DNA of 64,000 nt from Myxococcota bacterium (lineage in GTDB: Bacteria; Myxococcota_A; SURF-8). Below, piece after piece: positions 20,985 to 29,200 of the stretch. The notes under the pieces were generated by a model. It had not been told where the DNA came from and did not search any database. It saw only the letters and a program-made list of their open reading frames with translations. Every line of letters starts with the position of its first letter. Positions within the stretch are counted from its first letter, which is position 1. The DNA is taken from NCBI GenBank assembly GCA_965140415.1, contig OZ223209.1:3552001-3616000 (forward strand). The letters are read 5' to 3'. The translations under genes and the position numbers were made by a program.

Positions 20985-23084
20985 ATGCTGATCGACAAAC
21001 ACCTGCCCTGGTTACTAATGCTCCTTCTCTCCTTCTCGATTGCCGCCTGTTCGACCGGTGGCGGCGATGACGACCCGGATGGCGATATCGACAGCGAGAC
21101 GCAAACGGAAACACCAACTCCCGAATGTCTGAAAGGTCAAACCGGCTGCAACGACACCTGGCGCACAATCTGTCAAGACGGGCAATTCGTCGCGATTGAA
21201 AATTGTGCAACAGAGGGCATGATCTGCCGCGACGGCTACTGCATCGAGCCGGATTCTTCCGATGGAGACGACGATTCTTTTGACTTAGAAGATGACACAG
21301 CCGAAATCGAACTCGCCGATGGCGATAGTGAGTCGGATTCTCTTGTAGATGGCGATCTTGACGTAGAAGAAGCCCCTGAAATTGAAGAGGAAGCAGATTT
21401 CATCATCGATGGCGATGCGGAACCCGATCTTCCGGTTCCGGATTGCCAGCCCGGTCCCTGCTGCGATAATGGTCAGTGGGTTGAAACAGGTCAGCCTTGT
21501 GTTTCGGGAGCAGACGAACTGGACTGCACACTGGACAGTTGCAACGAATTTCACCTTTGCGATCATATACTTGACGACGATGCCTGCCTGATTCAGGACG
21601 CCTGCTACGATTCACAAGCGCCTCATCCCACCAATTCTTGTTTGTACTGTAATCCGGCGATTGGTCAGACGACCTGGACCTTCGTGACCGACGGACAGGA
21701 CTGCGACGACCTGAATTCCGAAACTCAGAACGATCAGTGTAATAACGGTCAATGCCTGGGTGAAGGTTGTACTTGCTCCGGCGTCGATTTATGCTGCGAT
21801 GGTTGCCAACCACAGAACGAAAACGCCGCGTGCGAAGACACTTTCTATTGCACCATCGGCACAACATGTCAGTCGGGAGTTTGTACTGGTGGCAGCGAAC
21901 GCGATTGCTCCTCTGTCGTCACCAATCCCACTTGCCAGCAGGCAGCCTGTAACAATGCGCTTTCTCGCTGCGAAGCTCGTCCGGCAAACCAACAGGGCGA
22001 ATGCAACGACGACCTTGCCTGCACCCATACGGATATCTGCCTTGACGGTGCCTGTTACGGTACGCCTTACACGTGCAACGACAATAGCTCGTGTACAATC
22101 GATACATGCAACAGCGATGGAAGCTGCGATTATGATGATATTCCGAACGATTGCGGAGAACGGGAATGTGGTCCATCTACATCCGGCTGCTATTCCTGCG
22201 GCATCTGTGGCGATCAGCAGGAGTGCAACGAACTGGGCGAATGCATCGATTTGCCTGATGGTGACAGCACGGACGGAGACACCCCGGATGGCGATGCAAG
22301 TGACGGAGATGTAGCAGATGGAGACATGATCGACGGTGATGCACCAGATGGTGACATGGAGTTGTCTTTCGCAACATATCGCATCCACTATTACTCCGGC
22401 TGGACACAACCCTACCTCTATCACAGCATGGATGGCGATACGGGTTCGCCATCTATCTGGACTGCATTCCCTGGAGTAACAATGCAATCCGAGAGTACCT
22501 CCCTCTGGTGGATGGTTGATGTCGAAATCCCTGAACCTTACTCGCTTGTGTTTCTATTCAACGACGGAAACGGAACGAGCGTAGAAGATTCAAATGTGGA
22601 CTGGCATCATCCTTACGAATGCCCGACCTGCAACTTCGAAACGGAATCACTGGAAGTCTGGATCAAAGACGGCTTGATGACGGATTATCCCCCCGTGGAA
22701 CCGGACGGCGACCTCGATGTCGTCGAAATCGAACCGGAGCCCACTGGTAGCGACTACCGTGTCCATCTTTATTCGGGCTGGACGGAAGCCTATCTCTATC
22801 ACAGCTATGACGGAAACACCTCCCAAGATCCTTGGACGCCCTTCCCCGGTGTGAGCATGACCTTTGAAAATCGCGATCAATGGTGGGTAACGGATGTACA
22901 TCTCGAAGATGAAGCCGCCCTCGTTTTTGTATTCAATAATGGAGATGGCGTAAATGCCGCTGATCCAAACGTCCAGTGGCACCAACCCTATGGTTGCTCA
23001 AGCTGCAATTTCAGCACGACAGCAGCAGAAGTTTGGGTAAAAGATGGAATTCTGACGGAAACTGTCGCACCGGAGGGGTATTAG
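20985..23084 (+). CDS. Cys-rich DGD-repeat lipoprotein with two C-terminal starch-binding (CBM26-like) modules
   Basis: GGAGG RBS before ATG 20985; lipobox IAAC; CxDxxxCTxDxC repeats; two ~100-aa repeats (YSGW..YLYHS..W..FPGV.M..WW..VF.FNxG..EVW.KDG). Confidence 0.7.
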   Translation: MLIDKHLPWLLMLLLSFSIAACSTGGGDDDPDGDIDSETQTETPTPECLKGQTGCNDTWRTICQDGQFVAIENCATEGMICRDGYCIEPDSSDGDDDSFDLEDDTAEIELADGDSESDSLVDGDLDVEEAPEIEEEADFIIDGDAEPDLPVPDCQPGPCCDNGQWVETGQPCVSGADELDCTLDSCNEFHLCDHILDDDACLIQDACYDSQAPHPTNSCLYCNPAIGQTTWTFVTDGQDCDDLNSETQNDQCNNGQCLGEGCTCSGVDLCCDGCQPQNENAACEDTFYCTIGTTCQSGVCTGGSERDCSSVVTNPTCQQAACNNALSRCEARPANQQGECNDDLACTHTDICLDGACYGTPYTCNDNSSCTIDTCNSDGSCDYDDIPNDCGERECGPSTSGCYSCGICGDQQECNELGECIDLPDGDSTDGDTPDGDASDGDVADGDMIDGDAPDGDMELSFATYRIHYYSGWTQPYLYHSMDGDTGSPSIWTAFPGVTMQSESTSLWWMVDVEIPEPYSLVFLFNDGNGTSVEDSNVDWHHPYECPTCNFETESLEVWIKDGLMTDYPPVEPDGDLDVVEIEPEPTGSDYRVHLYSGWTEAYLYHSYDGNTSQDPWTPFPGVSMTFENRDQWWVTDVHLEDEAALVFVFNNGDGVNAADPNVQWHQPYGCSSCNFSTTAAEVWVKDGILTETVAPEGY

Positions 23085-23097
23085 CAAACCGTTGTAA

Positions 23098-24051
23098 TCA
23101 ATTCGATTTCAGCACTTTAAGTCGTTCGACCAACGTAGTTAGCCGTTCATCCGCCGCATGAGTGCTTTCAAGGATGTTCGGCTCCAGACGTTCCTGCAAC
23201 ACAGCGGTCCAGTCGATCGAAGGTGCTTGAATAAGCTCGTCAACAGCTTCTATCCGCATGACATTCCCAAGGGAATACTTTTTCTTATCTCCCTTGAACA
23301 TCTGTGTAATTACCAGATCGTTATTGTAAATCTCACCGTCCCAATCCACCACGAATTCATCTAGATGCAAAGGTTGTGAGTTTTGGCGGGATAGATTTAC
23401 CAGTTCCAGTTCGACATCTTTTTGCCAAGCGCGATCGAAAAGAGCCGCAACCTGCTGAAACGCAAGGGAAAGCGCTTCTAATTGAGAACTTGACCATAAA
23501 ACGTAATAAGCAGGAAGCAAATTGAAGCGACGAAATCCCTGCCGCAATAAGCTGCGCAACCGTTCCGGTAACAGATCTGCCGTTTCCGGAGGTATAACCA
23601 GATTGACGATCACCGGGCGAACGAAGCGCGCCAATCGGCGCGACCAGGCTTCGAACCAATCCAACATAACGCAGGCATTACTATCCGGCACACGATACGC
23701 TTTGCCGCCCTGTTGCATGCAATCCAAGCTGATGACCAGTTCGATTCGCTCATCCTGCTCCAAGGTATCCAGGATTTGTTCGGACAGGCGAACACCGTTT
23801 GTGGTTAAGCGAAATCGAATTCCAGCAGCAGAACTTTGCAAAAGGTTCTGCAAAGCTTGCCATTCACACAATGGCTCCGCACCGGAAAAGCGAACGCGCC
23901 CTTTGCCTTCCGGTAAAAAGATGGCCATTGCACGTTGTGCAATGGCCTCGCTCATTGAGTGATTGTCTTTTACGACGGGGCAGTAACTGCATCGCAAATC
24001 GCAATGAGTTCCCAGCACCAAAGAAAGCTTGGTCGCCCCATAAAGCTCCAT
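23098..24051 (-). CDS. Radical SAM protein, second maturase of the His-Xaa-Ser cluster
   Basis: CDLRCSYC (CxxxCxxC), FSGAEP, LTTNG, ISLD; starts 14 nt after the precursor stop. Confidence 0.85.
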   Translation of the reverse strand: MELYGATKLSLVLGTHCDLRCSYCPVVKDNHSMSEAIAQRAMAIFLPEGKGRVRFSGAEPLCEWQALQNLLQSSAAGIRFRLTTNGVRLSEQILDTLEQDERIELVISLDCMQQGGKAYRVPDSNACVMLDWFEAWSRRLARFVRPVIVNLVIPPETADLLPERLRSLLRQGFRRFNLLPAYYVLWSSSQLEALSLAFQQVAALFDRAWQKDVELELVNLSRQNSQPLHLDEFVVDWDGEIYNNDLVITQMFKGDKKKYSLGNVMRIEAVDELIQAPSIDWTAVLQERLEPNILESTHAADERLTTLVERLKVLKSN

Positions 24052-24065
24052 GTCGCTAAGTAGTG

Positions 24066-24470
24066 CTACCAGCTACCATGCGAACCATGGGAAGCATGGG
24101 AAGCATGCGAGGCATGCGATCCGTGGGAAGCGTGGGAAGCATGGGAACCATGAGATCCGTGTGACCCATGAGAACCATGAGATCCGTGCGATCCGTGTGA
24201 ACCATGCGAGCAATGCTGGGCTAAAAGTTGCTCTTCCCCGCTCAGATCATGCAATTGTCCATCGGCGACATCTACGAAATCGTGATGAACGTCGGCGTGA
24301 TCCACATGATCGTTGGCTTCTGCTTCCTCGGAACTAAGAGTGTTTCCCAAAAGCAGGAGAGTCGTGGAAACGCTCAACGCCTGTTTTTTGGTGATCTTGC
24401 CTTCTTCCCCCTGAAGGAACATATCCAGCTTTTTCTTCATCATGGGGATTTTTCGTTTGGCGGAGCTCAT
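24066..24470 (-). CDS. hxsA: His-Xaa-Ser repeat RiPP precursor (HxsA-like)
   Basis: 134 aa ending in 16 HxS triplets plus W; strong AAGGAGG RBS; sits between two radical SAM genes. Confidence 0.88.
   Translation of the reverse strand: MSSAKRKIPMMKKKLDMFLQGEEGKITKKQALSVSTTLLLLGNTLSSEEAEANDHVDHADVHHDFVDVADGQLHDLSGEEQLLAQHCSHGSHGSHGSHGSHGSHGSHGSHASHASHGSHASHASHASHGSHGSW
24072..24215 (-). repeat. 16 x 9-nt tandem repeat encoding HCS, 10 HGS and 5 HAS
   Basis: Counted directly from the DNA; units differ mainly at synonymous positions. Confidence 0.95.
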
Positions 24471-24483
24471 ACATCAACCTCCT

Positions 24484-25965
24484 TTAATAAGGGTCGCATG
24501 CATCGACTTGTCGAATTTTCAGGGTTATCCAGCGACCGAAAATCTCGTTGATTTTCGGATCGTTTTTAGCAATATATTCAAATAAATGATCGAACATCGC
24601 CATAGCAACTTTGCACCGGTCGTTGTTCGGCATTTGACCGAAAATGTCTCCCTGTGTCGAGTAATTATAGATCGGACATACTCCACAGTAGGGCATGTAG
24701 GCGCACTCGGAACACAGCGGCAAACCATCTTGAATGGAAGCCATAACCAGCGAACGCACAGGCTCCGATTCCATCAGTTGTTGATAGGAATCTGTTTGAA
24801 CGTCACCCATCAGGAAAAGATCGTCGCCCATGTGGGCCATCATACGGCCTTCATCGCAGGTAAATACCTGGCCGTTATAATTGTAAGCAACTTGACCGAT
24901 ACCGGCACCGCAAGGAGAGCGCTGCTCCATATAGTTCGGATCCCGATCGGTCAGAATCTTGGTCAGATGAATCGAAGCTGCACGTTCGATCATCTCGACA
25001 CCATTCAGATTCAATTCGATGATGTAGTCAAAGGCTTTTTTGTAAAAGTCGATGAATTCATCGGCGGAATAACCTATCTTGTTCCAGGTTTTCTTGACGA
25101 AACCAAAGGGGTTCAACGACCGGAAATGAATCGATTTCAACCCTAGATCCACGTATTCGTCGATGATTTCCTTCCAGAGTGGCAGAGACTGGCGAGTGGT
25201 CGTCATCAGCGCATCGACATGGAAAGTGTCCGGATTAAAGCCACGCTTTAAGTATTCCACCTGGAATTTTCGAATCCAGTTCACGGTCTGATCGTAACTG
25301 GAATCGGCGGTGCAGATTCGATTGTGCTCGTGCAGATCCCTAGGACCATCCAGCGAAGTACACATGTAGACTTCGTGCTCGATCAGGTAAGCCATCTTCT
25401 CTTCGTCCATTAAACTGAGATTCGAGACGAGAGTAAACGCCAGATCCTTATTCGCCTGCTTATTCTTCTCCGTGGCATATTCCACCACGAACTTCAATAC
25501 ATCCCAGTTCGCCAGCGGCTCACCGCCCTGGAATTCGATATTGATCGCTTCATTGGTCGTTTCGAAAATCAGATCCACAACCTTACGTGCCGTTTCAATG
25601 GACATGTCAAATTCATGCTTGCCCATCGGCTCCCGACTTGCATGGCAATACTGGCAGGTGTAGTTGCAACGCAGGGTAATGATCATGATGTGCAACGTGG
25701 GACCGGCATCCAGATAATCGTAACGATATCGGTAGATTTCCGACATCCGGTTGACCATATCCCGATGCCGCATAAAATCCTGCCTGAGCAGGCGCTGATA
25801 CAATGCACTCCCTGATTCACTCGTACCGGAGAGCATCTGGTCGAATTCATCGTGAGTAAGCAGCAGAAAACGACCGATATCATTGGTAATCAATACTTGT
25901 TCACCAAGATTTCGGAAGCGGAAGAATCCCAGATTCGGGTTCAGTTTTTTAGGATTTACTACCAT
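24484..25965 (-). CDS. hxsB: His-Xaa-Ser system radical SAM/SPASM maturase HxsB
   Basis: GFFRFR..VLITNDIGRF N-terminus, LHIMIITLRCNYTCQYCHAS, IEFQGGEPL, RSPCGAGIGQVAYNYNGQVFTCDEGRM, CSECAYMPYCGVCP. Confidence 0.9.
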   Translation of the reverse strand: MVVNPKKLNPNLGFFRFRNLGEQVLITNDIGRFLLLTHDEFDQMLSGTSESGSALYQRLLRQDFMRHRDMVNRMSEIYRYRYDYLDAGPTLHIMIITLRCNYTCQYCHASREPMGKHEFDMSIETARKVVDLIFETTNEAINIEFQGGEPLANWDVLKFVVEYATEKNKQANKDLAFTLVSNLSLMDEEKMAYLIEHEVYMCTSLDGPRDLHEHNRICTADSSYDQTVNWIRKFQVEYLKRGFNPDTFHVDALMTTTRQSLPLWKEIIDEYVDLGLKSIHFRSLNPFGFVKKTWNKIGYSADEFIDFYKKAFDYIIELNLNGVEMIERAASIHLTKILTDRDPNYMEQRSPCGAGIGQVAYNYNGQVFTCDEGRMMAHMGDDLFLMGDVQTDSYQQLMESEPVRSLVMASIQDGLPLCSECAYMPYCGVCPIYNYSTQGDIFGQMPNNDRCKVAMAMFDHLFEYIAKNDPKINEIFGRWITLKIRQVDACDPY

Positions 25966-26174
25966 GACTTCTTCCTCGCAATCGTTGCATAAAGTGCATA
26001 ATTACCGAATTCATCGAGGATCGAAGCCTGCACGTCTTGATCTACCTGACTGAACTCAACCACATAATGGTTGCCGTCCAGCACCATGCTTGTTTCACAC
26101 AAATGATCGAAAGCCTTCACCGTATCCGAGATTCCAGCTTTACTGTAGATCTTCTTGTTTAAACGAAGCTCCAT
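25959..26174 (-). CDS. hxsD: HxsD-like small protein
   Basis: 71 aa with KKIYSKAGI..AF and ILDEFGNYAL; overlaps the hxsB start by 7 nt. Size and position match HxsD. Confidence 0.75.
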   Translation of the reverse strand: MELRLNKKIYSKAGISDTVKAFDHLCETSMVLDGNHYVVEFSQVDQDVQASILDEFGNYALYATIARKKSW

Positions 26175-26251
26175 CTTTATCGCTTTCTATTGGCGTACTG
26201 CTTTTCGCTTCCCGCTCTCACCTGTTATGGCAGAAAATATCTACTCACTCA

Positions 26252-29200
26252 TCAGGGAGTCGAAGCAACGCCATTTGAAACCTGCAACTCATACGTTCCA
26301 CACGTTACCGTAGAACCGGAACGATATACTTTCACATAGAAAGTAAAGTTCTGCTCTTCGCAATCATTGACGCCAGTTGCACTGCTTGCAGGAGCATTAC
26401 AAGGGCATTGTCCCCGGCCCCAACTCGGGTCAGAGACGGTGGTCGGTGGCCACTGCGAATCCGTAGCGAAATTGTAGTTCGTGACACCACGCGCAACGCC
26501 TGGCGTTCCCGTACCGTCGCATACATCCGCGCTGTACTGGGAAGGACATCCTCCACGATAGACGTCAAAAGCGAACTGACCATTGGGATTATTCGTCAAC
26601 TTGACTTCCGCGTTGAATTCGTCACAACGATTCGCCCCGCTCTCAGGACCATCGATTGCCATAAATGTGAACCAGTCCACATCCGACTCCGGCGCAATTG
26701 TACCGGAAACCACCGCCAATTGCCCGTTATTATCCGTCAAGCGGTAGGGCTCGGATTGAGCGGCGTTATTACAGGTATTGCCTTGACCGTCCTGGTCGTT
26801 CTGATCTTCCAGGCATTCGCAGCCATCATCGTATTCGCCATTGAGATCATGGTAATAGGTCGAACACGAACTGATTTTACATTCCCCTTGATCACAAATA
26901 GGTGTTCCGTTGGCGACCGTACAAACGACACCACAACCACCACAGTTGTTGATGTCATCGCAATCCGTACAGAAATCCTCATCCCGGACACCATCGCAGT
27001 CATTATCCAGGTTGTCACAAATTTCCGGAGAACCATCATACTCGGACCCAAAAAGATCGGTCGAACAGCGCGAAGAACTGGAAGAAGCACATTCAATCAC
27101 GCCCGGGCCACACTCACCGACACCGTCGCAGTTATTGCCAACATTGAAATCTTCGTCGGTGCTTCCATCACAATCGTTATCTAAACTGTCACAGCTCTCC
27201 GACGTGCCACCGTACTGCGAGCCACCGTAATCAGTGGAGCAACGATTGGCCGACAGGTTCTTACATTCGTAGATACCGCTACCACATTCACCTTGTCCAA
27301 CACACGGCAAACCAATGTAATAGTCTTCATCGGTCTGACCGTCACAGTCATTATCTAAACTATCGCAACGCTCCGACGTTCCACCGTATTGCGAACCACC
27401 GAAATCGGTTGAACAACGCCATGAATTCACGTCGGCACATTCTTTGACACCGAGACCACAGACGCCCTGGCCCACACAAGGTAAACCAACATCCCAGTTT
27501 TCATCCGTCTCACCATCGCAGTCATTATCCAGGTTGTCGCAAAGTTCTGCCGTACCTTGATAGTTGGAACCTCCAGAATTGACGGAACAAATACGTCCCT
27601 GTCCACCCGGCGCACATTCCCATTCACCGGTTCCGCATTCGCCGACACCGAGGCATTCCGAACCAATGAAGAAGTCTTCATCGGTCTCGCCATCGCAGTC
27701 ATTGTCCAAGCCATCACAGCTTTCCGGCACATATACGTAATCATCACCGTTGCGATCGGTGGAACAGATCGTGGTCAAATAGTTCTGAGGATCGCATTGC
27801 TTGACACCGATTCCACACTGGCCGACACCATTGCACTGTACACCAATATCGAAATCTTCATCGGTATTGCCATCGCAGTCGTCGTCTTCGTTGTTGCATA
27901 CCTCAACGCCACCGGTGAAGGAATCTCCACCTGGATCGGCTGAGCATTGAATCCACAACTCAGGAGCAACGATTTCCTGATGTGCATTGCCGTTCAAGCA
28001 CTGGAAATAGCCGTTATACTGGCTGCCGTTACCACACCCACCAGTACCGGTACAGGGATTACCCAAACACCCCACACAAGTACCAGGCGGTTCACCGGAC
28101 CCGTAAATAAAGAATTCTCCATTATCTACGGTACCATCGCAATCGTTGTCATAACCATCACAGATTTCCGGTCCACCGTTGTCATTGGCGTTACAGTAGC
28201 GGGAATATGGATCGTTGGGCATGCATCGCCATTCGCCCAGTCCGCATTCACCTTCCCCAAGGCAAATTTCGCCGATACTGAAATCTTCGTCCACTTCTCC
28301 ATCACAATCGTTATCCAGTCCGTCACACAAATCCGGTTGCGTCTGCGGAGCAGATCCACCCGGTTCCGTAGAACAAATCACACTGAACGGATCCAGACCA
28401 GAACATTCCCATTCGCCCCAACCGCATTCACCGGTTCCGTTACAAGGACGACCGACCAGGAAGTCTTCATCGGTCAAACCGTCACAATCGTTGTCGAAGC
28501 CGTCGCAGATCTCATAAGGCACTTGGTTTTCAGGTTGCGGACGGTGACAATAATAACCACAAGGCTGGGCAGGATCGATTGTGTACCAATCCTCATCGCA
28601 GTTCACACCCTCAGCCTTGAAGGCGACATACATGATCGAGTTATTGTTGTCGTTGGATTCCACCCGCAACACCAATTCCTGTTCGAAATCGTAATCATGG
28701 GGACAGAACGTAACCGTAAACTCGATTTTATCTTCGTTGTGATCATTGTAGTTTCTCAGATATGCCGGCATCTGAGGCCACCCTTCGATCTCCCAGTTTT
28801 CCGGAGGACCGGTAGTACGGTAGATCGAGTAACCATAGACTTCTAAAGTTCCTACACCATCGTTGGTGATTGTGACCAAATAGGGATCAGAGCAAGAGTT
28901 GATGAAAATCTCACCCAGATCACAAGGATTGGATTCAACACACAACGGGGTAACTTCGATACTCGGATTCACACCCAATCCGTACAAATCGAACTCGGCA
29001 TAGGAGTGATCATCTCTGAAGTCATTGGTGTTGATCCTGAAACTACCGGTATCTTCACCAGGCCAACCTACCGGACTGTAGGAAAGATCGATATTGGCAA
29101 AGCCTCCGGGTTGAATATCCGGAATCAATTGAGGGAAGAAAGAAAACTCGGTCGAACTACCCGGTCCCAACGTGAGGTTGGACACCTTACACTTGTAGGA

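Noticed and set aside
24072-24215. Possible CRISPR or non-coding tandem array
   Set aside because: 9-nt in-frame coding repeat without spacers; no cas genes in the window.
24050-24337. Plus-strand His/Arg-rich repeat ORF (HGKHGKHARH...)
   Set aside because: Reverse-strand read-out of the HxS repeat; the minus frame has the RBS, operon context and synonymous-only variation.
26950-28520. ~177-nt periodic repeats as a CRISPR-like or mobile repeat
   Set aside because: Degenerate in-frame protein repeats within the 1629-aa ORF.
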